Source: Amphiscolops sp. MND2022 (Eukaryota). Taken from it: DNA of 64,000 nucleotides. Each line of letters opens with the position of its first letter. Position 1 is the first letter of the stretch. The translations under genes were made by a program, and so were the position numbers. Below, in pieces: positions 37,550 to 49,053 of the stretch. The stretch is from NCBI GenBank assembly GCA_964187785.1, contig OZ076409.1, forward strand, positions 91,452,001 to 91,516,000, given 5' to 3'. The notes under the pieces were generated by a model, which did no database searches, was not told where the DNA came from, and worked only from the letters and a program-made list of their open reading frames with translations.

Positions 37550-38706
37550 ATGAATAATGATTATAGCTTGAATAATGATCAAGGTGATGGAGCCAGCGCG
37601 AAAGCTGGCGCGGTCAATTGGTTTCAGAAAACACGAATCTATAAAGTAATCACAAATCCTATGTTTATTGTATGTTTAATTTTAATTATAGGTATTATTG
37701 TTGTAACATATTGGAATTATATTCGCCCTAGGCAGTTTAAAACAACTTATAAAAAACTACTATAATTTGCAGGGTTCAAATACTCTCATCTGACAAACCA
37801 GGAACGCGAACAGGAAATTAAAGAATCCCGTGAAGAATCCCCACACAACAACTCTCATTTCATAATCTATGGCAGTTGTGGCTCTGGGAAGACAAGTTTT
37901 TTAAAGCATTAGTTAGCACAAATTCAAAGAAGTTATGTAGTTTCCGGGCGAGATGAACGTGAGTTTCCTTCTCAAAATTTTGTACCACTACTGCAGTTGG
38001 AGAATGTTAGTATTGCGGAGCTTTGCAAACAACTTGCTGAAAAACGGTAGTATTGGATGATGCAGGTGCATACAAGAGTCTCAAAACAAAAGTAGAAGAC
38101 TTATTTAGATATGGTAGACATCACCAGATTCAAGTAGTTTATCTCGCTCACTATGCAAAGGATGTTCGTCCAATCGTGAGGGAAAACTGCCATAAAATAT
38201 TTTTAGCAAATAATCACCCAGACAATTTCTTTGAGTCGATTGTACAAAGTTACGCGATAGCCCCCTCAGTTAGGGAGGCGCTTGATTGGAAATTCTAACG
38301 GGATCAGTTAGAATATGGTATAATTGAATTGGACACAAGGAGTCAGAAATACAAGGTATTAAACAACAAATATAAAATAATTTATGATTCAAGCAAACGA
38401 AGTAAGTGGGGCCCGGAACACCTCGTTGCTTATGAAAGTTACTTTTTCACTGGCGATGAAAACAACAGATTGAAGATATTTTTAGAGGAAATGTCCGACC
38501 AGACAATTGGAATAACACCACTCAACGTAGCTTATTATTATGTAGCCTATTGCAAACAAAATAATATTAAAGTGAATGAATCCAAAATAGACAACTACGT
38601 TGAGCGTATGCAACAACCACTAATTAGTGACTCAGTTAAAGAGGACTTCAAGAAAACTATATATGATCATGCAAAAAGTTTTACTAAAAATAAACTAAAT
38701 AATTAG
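37550..38706 (+). pseudogene. A32/FtsK-like ATPase 1 with N-terminal TM segment, disrupted
   Basis: TM MFIVCLILIIGIIVVTYW; after one in-frame stop, Walker A GSCGSGKTS (37871-37897); Walker B VVLDD; YGRHHQIQVVYLAH. Confidence 0.75.
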
Positions 38707-39100
38707 AGAAATTAACAAGAAATTAACAAGAAATTAACAAAAAAATATAATGATTCTCAGAGAAGTTTGGAGGAATTTAGAGATTCTTAGAGGAATTTAG
38801 TGATGATAAATTTAGAGAAATTTAGAGATTTTTAGAGATATTTAGAGATATTTAGAGATTCACTAATTTCTCTAAACTTCTTTAAACTTCTCTAAGAGTC
38901 CTTTATTTAGAAAATTTAGAGATATTTAGAAGTTCTAAGGCTCTTAGAGAAATTTAGAGGAATTTAGAGATTCTGAGAGATTCAACTTAGTGATGCCTTA
39001 GTGATACCTTAGTGATTCTTAGAGATTCTCTTAGTGATTCTCTTAGCGACACTGAGAGGAATTTAGAGATTCTTAGAGATTCTCTTAGGAATTCAGTGAT
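38707..39100. repeat. TTAGAGA/AATTTAGAG low-complexity repeat with an internal inverted block
   Basis: Many atttagaga/ttcttagaga copies; tctctaaa inverted copies at ~38868-38896. Confidence 0.75.
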
Positions 39101-39115
39101 TTTTTTTCTAAATAA

Positions 39116-40474
39116 ATGATGGGAATGAGATGCCTAATTTGCAATGAAAGTTGTGAATATAGTTTGTGTAATGATTGTAGTAGTAAAAAAAAATGTAAAG
39201 AGTGTAATAAAATGAAAACTATTTCTAAATCAGATTTCTACATCTACAAAAATGGTAAAATGAATAGTACATGTATAGAATGTTTTAATAAAAAGATGAG
39301 GTGTGAATTTTGAGATGAGGAATTGAATAAAAGTTATTTGAAATCTCATATTAAGAAGCAGCATATGCGCGAAAGCTATCCACAGAACTATCCACAGAGC
39401 TATCCACAGAGCTATCCGCAGAGCTATCCACAGAGCTATCCACAGAGCTATCCACAGAGCTATCCGACAGCTACCACGAATGCTCCTGTGATAACTCCCG
39501 TGAATACTCCTGTGTCAGCTTCCGCGACAGCTACCGCGACAGCTACCACAAATACTCCAATACAAGGTTTTGCACAGGGCTACGCACAACTTCATGCAGG
39601 GCTCGGTGCAGGGCTTAGTGCACAAGGACTTCGTGTAGCTTCGCAAGGACATCAGGGGCATCAAGGACTTAATTATGAACAACATCTTAATATAAAAGAT
39701 TCTTTCAAATCCATTCCTAAATGCCCTGTGCATAGGTCCGTAAATGGTATCGTGCAAGGCCCCAATCAAGACCCTGATCAAGACCCCGTGCACTCCGCGA
39801 TAGCTCCCTCACAAAACCCCGAGCATTATAGTACATTAATAGTTGGTCCATCACTTTGTGGTAAAACTCATTTGTTATTAAACAAATTACAATTAATTCG
39901 ATTACGTGATGCAGAGAAACAAATACATATCTTTACGAGAAGTCCTGAACAATATGCAGAGCTACGCACAGAGCTACGCACAGAGCTACGCACAGAGCTA
40001 CGCGAAGATGATGTCGGGGATTTGCACAGCGATTTAGGACTAGTAGTGGAAGAAGAATTAGGTGATAAAAGTATTCAAGATTTTCAAAATTGTTGTGTTG
40101 TAATTGATGACAAATTAGACTCCAATCAGAAATTAATAGATCCATTTTTTATTAGAGGAAGACATAAATCTTGTGATGTTTATTATTTCAGTCAGAGTTA
40201 CTTTGAGGTACCCAAAAGAACAATCAGAAACAATTCAAATAAAATAATCCTATTTCAACAAACCTTGAAAGATGTTGAACACATTTATAGAGATATTGCT
40301 GGTTTTGATATGTCTTATGATGAATTCAAAAGTTTTTGTAGAGAGGCATGGAAAGAAAAATACAACTACTTATTAATAAATAGGTTAGAAGATAAAAATA
40401 TGAGTAAATACCAGGTGTGTAATGAATCTAATCCAAATTACATGATCTCCAATCCACAAACGGATCCATTTTAA
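39116..40474 (+). pseudogene. A32/FtsK-like ATPase 2 with N-terminal Zn fingers and repeat insertions
   Basis: CxxC motifs; a stop at 39311 within a C2H2 finger (CEF*...SHIKKQH); QSYP repeats; Walker A GPSLCGKT; VVIDD; RGRHKSCDVYYFSQSYF. Confidence 0.8.
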
Positions 40475-40548
40475 ACGGAGGTGGAATCAAGCAAAGCGTG
40501 TGTGGGAGGGGCTTCTGCTACTACCGCGCGATAGCTAACGCGCGATAG

Positions 40549-41654
40549 CTAACGCGCGATAGCTACCGCAACTTCGCCTTCGGTAAAATTGCTTAGTAGG
40601 TTGCTACGTATTTTTTGGTGTTGAGAAGGTGTTATGCATTCATACTCTAGGAGTTTATCTATAATTGCAATAAGTTGTTCATTAATCAGAAAACTATCAT
40701 TTCCTCCAACTTTTTCAAAAAAAAGTAGTTTCAATTGATCCACTTATTCATCTGGATCAGATGGGAGGAAAATGTACTGCTTTGTATGGCTTCGCGCAGC
40801 TTCGCCATTTAATCCACTTCCCAATTGGCTTCCTGATTGGCTTCCCAACTGGTTTTTTTGTGTGTTGTCCATAGAGCTTTGTGGATGTGCAGGGCTACGC
40901 GAAGACCCTTGTGTTAAACCCTGCAAATCATGTGTCTGTAATTGATAGCGAGAAAATAATTCTTTAATAAATTGATATCTGATTGATTTTTTTTCTCCAT
41001 AATTTAGATTATATTTCATATCATTTAGGAAAGTATAAATTGGTCCCCAGTTATTTATTGATTTGTCAAATTGTGTATTAGTTATAAAATATTGAAGATC
41101 TGGGTCACTAAGATCGTATGAATTCCCATTCTCGAAAGTTGTTGAACCTTTGATTAGTACTTGTTGTGGGTTATGGGGATTAATTGTGAATAAATTAGGA
41201 TTGTCTTGTGTAATTAGTTCTAAACTAAATTGATTTTTGTTTTTGTCATTAAGTAATATAGAAGCTGTTTTTACAATACTAGAATCAACCTGGTTGGAAT
41301 AACAAGACTTGTAAGAAGCTGATTGTTATGATTTATAATTTCATTATATTGTTTTATTCCTTCTTTAATAGAATTTTGCATGGCTACGTGAAGAGTATTA
41401 TTATTGTGTTCTATTGCTCTTGTCTGATTTCCAATTGCCTGTGTAACCCCTTGGGGTTGTTTGTCAATGGCTTGTAGTTGTTTTTCATTTGATTCCACCT
41501 GCTTTGTAGTAACAGGTTGAAAAACTTCTTCAAGGTCGTAGTGGAAGTCTTGCTTCCCTAGTTTCTCTTTTAATCTTTCTTTGTGTAGTAAAGATTTTGT
41601 TTCTTGTATTTTTTTTAATTTTTCCAAGTCATCCCGATTATGAATTGAATACAT
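40549..41654 (-). pseudogene. Conserved Polinton-type coiled-coil protein, frameshifted
   Basis: Fragments 41271-41654, 40744-41019 and 40549-40743; C-terminal IFLPSDPDE..DQLKLL..GND..NEQLIAIIDKLLE motif that I recall from Polintons. Confidence 0.6.
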
Positions 41655-41680
41655 TTATTAAATTTATTTAATGAATATAA

Positions 41681-42172
41681 CTAGTGGATTTTCCCCAGAT
41701 ACAGGCCTTTACCACCTTTACTTGCTTTGCTGCCTGTGTTGCCTGCTTTGCTGCCTGCTTTGCTGCCTTTACTCGACAAACCTTCAGCTTTGTATAACCC
41801 CTTCCCTTGATGAACAAATTTAATAACGTCGGGGGCAGTTGCAGCAATGAGTTTTGGATTTTTACTTGCTGCTGCCGTTCCAATATTTGCTGCTATTTCC
41901 AATGCACGGCCTGGATTATTGAGTATTTTCTTTCCAACGTTTTTGGCTGCAGAACCAGCTGCTGTGCCCAAATGTTTGAAGAAGTCGCCCAATCCTTCCC
42001 CATTTATTGTTCGATCTGATACAATAAGAATTTTATTTCTGCTACATATCATACAGGTGCCCTGTAACATTTTTACTTTATTGTTTCTAGCATCTCCATA
42101 AATATTTGTGGTGGGGGAATAATGTTTTCCACCAACACAATATGAATTATTTATAAATTTATTATAACTCAT
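41681..42172 (-). CDS. Small basic/amphipathic virion-core-like protein
   Basis: YCV...C..C motif; GEGLGDFFKHLG amphipathic segment; GKG/GG motifs resembling adenain cleavage sites. Confidence 0.55.
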   Translation of the reverse strand: MSYNKFINNSYCVGGKHYSPTTNIYGDARNNKVKMLQGTCMICSRNKILIVSDRTINGEGLGDFFKHLGTAAGSAAKNVGKKILNNPGRALEIAANIGTAAASKNPKLIAATAPDVIKFVHQGKGLYKAEGLSSKGSKAGSKAGNTGSKASKGGKGLYLGKIH

Positions 42173-42190
42173 TTATTAATATTAAAAGTA

Positions 42191-43232
42191 TTAAATCTTG
42201 ATAATTTGAATTGTGAAGGTGAGTGTCTCCCCGTTGAAATCAACTGGGTTGTGGTTAGAGTCCTCAAAGAAAAATTGAATGGTGTCCAGTCGTGTTTTGT
42301 TTATCAGCTTGTACAAAACAGTTGTGGGTTTTTTTTATAATTTTATATCCGGGAGGTGCGCTTAAATTGAAAGAACATAAAATTTTTTCTCGTATACCAT
42401 TAACAATTGAACCATCTACACAATCACACTTCAGATGAACTTTGTCGGTGGTTGTTATCATAACTGGTTTTTCTGAAGTGTGAGTTCCGGATGGGTAATC
42501 ACGTTGTGTAAATCCCAGGACTTTGTTATGTTCGGAGTTAAAATGAATAGGATTTGAGGTTATTAAAACTGATTTCATTCATATTGGGTCGGGTATTATG
42601 TTGAATTTAAAATCAGAATACAGCAAAGCTGACTGCAACGCTGTCTTCGTATCAGTAATTCTTTGTTTTACGGAAGCATTGATATCATTTAATTCATATG
42701 CTCCTGGTGTTAGTTGTATTCCAAAGGAATCATGTTCAATTTCAAAGTCAGGAATATGTATTTGTTGATCAGGATAGTTAAAAACTTCAATTAATTCCTT
42801 GAGTTGGTGAAAGTCTTTTCTAGTAAGTTTTTTCTTCTTTTTAGTATAACTATTAGTTATAAGTGTGTTAGTTTTTTCTATAAATTTATCATCAGATGTT
42901 TCATACAAATCTTTTATTTTTAGCACTATTTCAGTGTCAACTCTATGCTCTTCGAGTTGTGGCTTTGTTAGAAGAATTTCAAGTTTGTTATTCTTTTCAG
43001 TAAAGTTATATACAGTGTTGTATACTTCTAAACTTGTTACTCCCATCATCCATTTTTCAGGCAGTAGTAATGAAACATCGAATGAGAAAGATTCTTTTTG
43101 TTTAGTCATTTTAAAATCTAGAGTTTCTTGTGGTTTAGAATGAGTATTTTCAACAATTTCTTGATTAGATTTTGCAATACTTAAAAGAAGATATTCTTTT
43201 TTATCATAAGTTACAAAGCTTGATAGATCCAT
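42191..43232 (-). pseudogene. Polinton-A minor capsid (penton-like) protein, frameshifted
   Basis: WMMGVTSLEVYNT; PGAYEL; VLGF; HLKCDCVDGS..NG; PPGYKI; DFNGE. Confidence 0.7.
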
Positions 43233-43287
43233 TTATTAGAAAAAAATCATGCTTGAAATTGTTTGAATCCACTAGCGGAAATGTTAT

Positions 43288-43854
43288 TTATAAATTCTTG
43301 CCTATCTTTTCATAATGTTTTCTTATACAAATTTGTTGTACTTTTTCCATGATTTTGATTTTGATTGTGAAGCTGTTCTGTGGAGCTGTGCGCGAAGCTG
43401 CGCGAGACAATTTTATAGTGAGTTGAATAATTATTAATTTTCTTCCTTTATTAAGTTTGAAAGTTTGGTAGTATAAATTTAGTACTGCATTTTTGAACCC
43501 AATTTCATTTGTGAGATACAGTGTGTATAAACAATACGCCGCGCAATAACTGTCGTTTGTCTGAATTTGATATTCGGAATAAATACCATTTTTAATATGA
43601 TTGAGTATATTAGTTGGGGGTGGGCATCCATATGAATCAAAATAGTTTTGGTTTTTATACATAACCCAATGTGTTCCTTTAGTTGGATGTAAGTTAACTA
43701 TACCACTGGTAGTGTTAAACTTATCATCTCTCATGTATATTCCACACTCGGTTATGTTCATGAGTTTTAAGATTTCTTTTATTTTTACATTGGAAGTTGT
43801 TTCGTTTTTTAATCCATATTTTTCAACAAAGTCTTTGAATGAGAGATAATTCAT
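43288..43854 (-). CDS. Adenain-like cysteine maturation protease
   Basis: IVNL..GTHWV, YFDSYG, QIQ...YCAAYC (His/Asp/Gln/Cys catalytic set). Confidence 0.88.
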   Translation of the reverse strand: MNYLSFKDFVEKYGLKNETTSNVKIKEILKLMNITECGIYMRDDKFNTTSGIVNLHPTKGTHWVMYKNQNYFDSYGCPPPTNILNHIKNGIYSEYQIQTNDSYCAAYCLYTLYLTNEIGFKNAVLNLYYQTFKLNKGRKLIIIQLTIKLSRAASRTAPQNSFTIKIKIMEKVQQICIRKHYEKIGKNL

Positions 43855-43929
43855 TTAATAGTTATTTTTCATTATTGTGTATTAATGTTGTGCGAAGCTG
43901 CGCGTGGCTAAAATTATTTCCCATGTGGT

Positions 43930-44571
43930 AAAAATACAAAACCCATAGGCATGCCCGCAGCTTCACGCATTGACATGCCTATGGTAAACTCAAAGCCCAT
44001 CGGGAGTCCGTTCCACTAAGAGTTTCCACAGCAGGGATTATCCTTTTTAAGAACTGTGCCATTGGTGATTATTCTCCCATAGCATGTAAGTTGTAACAAA
44101 GACTGGGGGACGTTGGATAGAAGTGAACCCCAAACACTCCGGCCGAAGCCTTAACTTTAGTCAATGCTATAACCACTAAGCTATGGGAGACGAATCAATG
44201 TTAGTTGTAGTTATATAAGAATAACGTATGCGCCGGTACATTAACGTTGGTTATACATTAACGTTGGTTGTACATTAACGTTGGTTGTACATTAACGTTG
44301 GTTGTACATTAAAGTTGGCTGTACATTAACGCTGGTTGTACATTAACGTTGGTTGTACTTTAACGTTGGTTATACAGCAACATGTTATTATTACACATTG
44401 AACGCTGGTTGCAACGTTGACATTACACTATAGAGGTTAGTGAATTTTGCTTCATGGTAAAAACACTATTTTTTGATGATTTGTTTTCTAAAAAGTCCTT
44501 AAAATCAATGGTTTTGAGGACTTTTAATTTTTGGGGTTTTGGTGGCCCGAATCGGGATTCCCCATACTACT
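43930..44571 (-). repeat. Polinton-A right TIR (642 bp)
   Basis: Contains 8 copies of the 17-bp unit gtacattaacgttggtt, which explains the 68-bp length difference from the left TIR. Confidence 0.95.
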
Positions 44572-45593
44572 CACAGGAGCCAAGAAGTGAGTTGGTATTG
44601 CTGTATATTTCGAAACAAGTATGACTAATTTTTTCGATGATGACGAGTCAATGGGCGCTTCAGATTGACTAAAGCATAGTTCATCAAAAAAATCATTCAA
44701 TCACAGCAAATGTTTGACTCAACCATCCAAAAAACGTTTTTTGAATAATTTTGAAGGTGTTTCCGTTGATAATTATCTATCTAATTAGATTATCACAGAT
44801 TTTCTCGCCAGATTGGAAACACTCAACTATATTCGTCAAACCAGCTGAGACAAAAAAGGAAGAAAAAACGATAACTGAAAAATAGCAAAAGTTGAAAGAT
44901 GGGCGTAATTATTTTTGCACGTAAGCTCAAGCGCCCTAGGGGAAACATGTTCTCCGAATTTCAAAATACTGCTTCGAGAGCTGGTCCCAAAGTTCTGTTA
45001 CTGTGCCTTCCACAGCGCAACTAAATGCGAAAAAAGATGAATTTGAAACCAAACGCTCGTATAACGCGCTCAAAAGGGTTGTTACTCATCGCTCCAAAGA
45101 CAATCAAATGCTTCACTTGATTTTTTTTTACAATTCTGAACGCTGTTCTGGCTCTAAAACCCTGAAGGCGAAACATTTTGGAAAATCTTTTGATTCAAAT
45201 TGTAGTTAAGGTCTAGCTGAAATTTCTTGGCAAGAACAAAACCACTACCAACAAGAGCGTTTTCCGAAGACTTTTCTTGCAAGATGATATATAGAAGAGA
45301 GGAGAAAACCAAAGTGCAGAAAAACGGAATTTTCCCGAGACCTGAATAATTGAAAATACATCAAAAGATGATGTAACTCAAGATGTCGCGCTGGTAGACA
45401 TCAGAAAGAGGATGATCGATATATTTGTTCACTACAAAAAAATCTTGGAGCAAAGGGGACTTGTTGTAGTTAAATCTAGTAGCATCTAATCAAAAAACAA
45501 CTCTGTTTGTCTTTCCATATCAACAAAAGTAATTTTGAATGCGAAATAACTTCAAATTTGAAAAGAAAAACTTCATAAAAAGCAAGACGCACG

Positions 45594-45700
45594 CTAAGCA
45601 CAGGGATAATTTCCGCCAAAATGTAACGCACCACCACAGGTTAGAACCCACGAACTCGTGTCTGCCAGGCAGACGCACTACCAACTGAGTCAAAGTAACT
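45594..45700 (-). mobile_element. tRNA-derived SINE-like fragment
   Basis: Minus strand TGACTCAGTTGGTAGTGCG (A box) and GGGTTCTAACC (B box); no complete cloverleaf. Confidence 0.55.
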
Positions 45701-47277
45701 AAATTAGGTGGAAGTGGATGGAGATCGTGGAGAATTGGCAGAATTGGTTTAAAAAATGCAACATAGTAGTTGCGGAAACTAATGAAAATCTTTAAGTCCA
45801 ACATATTAGCAGTTACTGGTACTTTCTTTTATAACTGTTTCATTCTTTATGACACTGTCGATGAGTCAAGTTTGTGGTGTTTGATTTTTTATCACGCCAA
45901 TATTTCAACCTAGGCGTTTCTATAGACAATGGAGTATTTCAGAATTATATCTAATTTTCGGCATTTTGCTCGAAAAACATTTTATCCCGTGATTTTTGTT
46001 AGACGATTTTGACATGTGATCATTCGCGGTACTCATCTCTTATTGACCTCAATAATATGGAAAAAACGCCATGAATCTTACTTTTTCTAACACTTGAATG
46101 AAACATTTTTATATAAAAACAATTGATGCTGAAATAGTACACTGGTATTAGCTTTTTGGTACTCTAGTGTATCACTGATGGAAACCCTGTATCCTGATTG
46201 GCAACCCTGGTCGAAACTACAGGAACTTTTTACATGCAGCATTAAAGCACGCAGGCTAATTCTTGTAAAAATTCTCAGAAAATTCTTGTAACACTTCCCT
46301 GCAGCTTGGAAAATCCTGGCAGCATTTCCCTGTGCTTTGAAAAATGTCCAAGCAGCTCAAAGCATTTTTGAAAAAAAAATCCATGCAAGACTGCAAAACT
46401 TTTCTTCAAAAAAGACCGTTTTCGTAGCTTATTTGCGCAACTAGATCCGAACTCAAAAAAATCTACAGGGAATACGATCTGGAACTAAGTCTGAAAACTG
46501 AGGACAGAAGGAAGATCTAAAGGTAATAAGATTTTTTAAAATCCATTTTTACGAAGATTGAGATCCGAATTTCTTTGGACGTTATTGCTGATCAGAATTT
46601 TCCAGAAATTCAACTTTTCACCTTGACTTTCGACTTTTATCATCAAACATCAAAAACTTTGAATTTTTTGCAGGAAATTCAAACGAAAAAGTTCTTAAAA
46701 ACCTATACTGATCCTTGTTCTCCAGTTCTACAGATTTGAATAACATCTTAGGCGTTGAAAAAATTTCAAAATAAAACTTTCACCCAATCAAAACGGCTGA
46801 TTTTGATATTCCGCTCTTAAAGTAGTCCCTCTAAAAACCTTACAGAACTTTGAAATAGATTTTTTCCATTTTCCCGAAACCGGAAAGTGGTGAATATTGG
46901 GTTTTTCAACAGTTTGCGTGAACAAAAAAATTTTCCTTCAAAAAATTTCAGAGTTACTAATTTTTTGGCTACACTGGCACACTCAGTTAATTTGTTTGTT
47001 ATATTATAGTGTCTGCACTTACAAAAGTTGAGGATTTGTCCGCGAAAACCTGCAAAATTTTGCGGGAGTTTTTTCTTGAATTTCTTTGATGTTGGTCTGA
47101 TAACCCGTCAAATTGTATAGAAATTCTAATTAATGCTTGAAGAAATAGCATTGCATCAGGAAAATAATTAGCATTAGTGTTTCTCTACCAAACTCCAAAA
47201 TCACTGCTTGGTAGCCTATAAAGTTATGTGAAAGTTTCAAGCAGTTTCAACGAGGAAATCTTCCAAATGTATTTCAG

Positions 47278-47372
47278 GTGCCTGTGGAGAAATAACCAAC
47301 TTTTTGCACAAAGGGATAATGCTGTGCCAAAAAGCCACTGTCGCTATGGTCAATGGAAAATCAGCTCTCTAG
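47278..47372 (+). CDS. Exon 2 of nested small membrane protein
   Basis: Acceptor atttcag; (G)ACGEITNFLHKGIMLCQKATVAMVNGKSAL*. Phase matches exon 1, and the join resembles a family of small invertebrate membrane proteins as I recall it. Confidence 0.6.
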
Positions 47373-47869
47373 AAGCTGAAAAAGTCCTCAGAAAGGTCTG
47401 AATCAAACGCATGAAGGGCAGCAAATATCAACAAAACAAATGATGAATTGGGTATCTACGCATGTTTTATATGCATAATGTTTGTTCATTTACATTTGCT
47501 TTGAGTTCGGTTTTTCTAGATTAATTCGCAGAGTTGTTGTATCTCTCAGAACTTCAAGTTCTAATCATTTCAAGATAAATCACCAAAATGCAGACTTTTT
47601 TGGTGCGATTTGTGTAAAAGGATTACAGGAAAAACGCCCACGAAAAAAGCGCCTAAAGGAAAGAAGACCCATCAGAGATGTTGGTAGAAGATTTAGTTAT
47701 CATATCATATCATATGACCATAGCCGACTACGTTAACGTAATTAGCCTTATTACGTTTCGAACGTCTTTTCCTTGGGCGTTTTTCTATGGCCTTTTTCCC
47801 GGACACGGTGTAAAAATTATTCATTTACGTAATTAAGTAAGAAGTTTTTCATGAAGGATGTCAACTTGC

Positions 47870-48034
47870 CTCCATGTTGGGCTGCATAATGGGCGGGTGT
47901 TTTTCCCGATGAGTCACAAGCTCCGAGATCGCAACTGTGCGATGTCAGTACTTGAAGAGCCTGCACGTGGTTCCTAGAGGCAGCCAGATGGGCCGGGTTC
48001 CTTCCTTGGTCATCAGTCAAGTTGAAAAGGGCTC
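47870..48034 (-). CDS. Exon of host ankyrin-repeat gene
   Basis: Reads ALFNLTDDQGRNPAHLAASRNHVQALQVL...DSSGKTPAHYAAQHG. Acceptor ttccag; ends at a GC-type donor G|GCAAGT, phase 1, compatible with exon 538-722 (joined: ...QHGALEAL...). Confidence 0.85.
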
Positions 48035-48469
48035 CTGGAAATACAAGTACTGTAACTAAGCGTTTGAAGGTATGAAAGGTGTCGAGAAATAAGGTGTCTA
48101 TTTCAGTCTATCTTTCTAAGGTGTCTATCTTAGCCTCATACAAGATTGCTTCAAAAGGCACTACCCAAAAAAAAACGAGAAGTTATAGTGTATCTGAGTA
48201 TTTGTGAAGCAGTTTTCAATGGAGTCTGAAAAAAAAACAATTGAAAATTTTGGATATCTGTTGCATTTAGCACATCGTTTTTTGCTAACTCTCAAAGCTA
48301 CTCGAAAGAGACAAAATTGGGCCCAACTTGTATTTTTAGATGCTTGCCAAACTTTAGATTCTATATTTTGTCTCGATTTGACATGCCAAAAGTGCAACCG
48401 TAAACGAACACAAAACAGAAGTAATTTGGACTCAGTGGCATTTGAAACGTACAGAGTCCAGTTACTAAC

Positions 48470-48674
48470 GTGATCGAGCAAGTTCCTCCAGACAATCGGC
48501 CTCGCCATGGAAGGCAGCCAGGTGCGAAGGTGTCTGTCCTTGACCATCGGTGACGTCAACAGAACTCATCTGGGTCGCGAGAAAGCGGACCACCTTGACA
48601 TGGCCCCCTATGCATGCTTCGTGTAAAGCAGTTCGACCCCCTCGGTTGCTCTTCGCATCCACATTGGCTCCGGC
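48470..48674 (-). CDS. Exon of host ankyrin-repeat gene
   Basis: Reads AGANVDAKSNRGGRTALHEACIGGHVKVVRFL...DGQGQTPSHLAAFHG. Acceptor tttttgtcacag; donor GTTAGT, phase 1, matches the next exon. Confidence 0.88.
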
Positions 48675-48706
48675 CTGTGACAAAAAACAAAGTTAAAAAA
48701 GTATTA

Positions 48707-49053
48707 CTAGGTGAACCAAAAAAACGGAACGTGCAAATTTTTGCGTCTTCAAAATCGTATTATTTGTAAACAAGGCACTGAGAATCTCTCAATTTTATCT
48801 ATCAATTATTTTGATTGAAGCTCATATTACGTAATCACATCTCCAACCAAACATGGTTTGAACCATCAAAAATAGTCTAGACGTCTATACCAGTCATTTC
48901 GTTCTCACTTTCAATGTGCGAAAGCATTTTCGCTTCTAAGAAATGTACCATATTTGAATGATTGACAGGAGCTTCGAAACGTTTGTTGACAAATATTTGG
49001 AACTTTGAGAGCTCAAAAAATTTTGTACGTTCCGTTTTTTTTGGTTCACCTAG
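48707..49053. mobile_element. MITE with ~35-bp TIRs, flanked by TA
   Basis: CTAGGTGAACCAAAAAAACGGAACGT... and ...ACGTTCCGTTTTTTTTGGTTCACCTAG, TA on both sides (Tc1/mariner-like). Confidence 0.75.

Larger units (their letters stand above)
13022..44571. mobile_element. Polinton/Maverick element A (~15.3 kb excluding the nested retrotransposon), decayed
   Basis: Ends AGTAGT...ACTACT; long TIRs; 6-bp TSD CACAGG (13016-13021 / 44572-44577). Encodes pPolB, integrase, packaging ATPases, capsid proteins and an adenain-like protease. Confidence 0.96.

Noticed and set aside
47628..47800. Second MITE
   Set aside because: The inverted repeats are too degenerate to define ends or a TSD.
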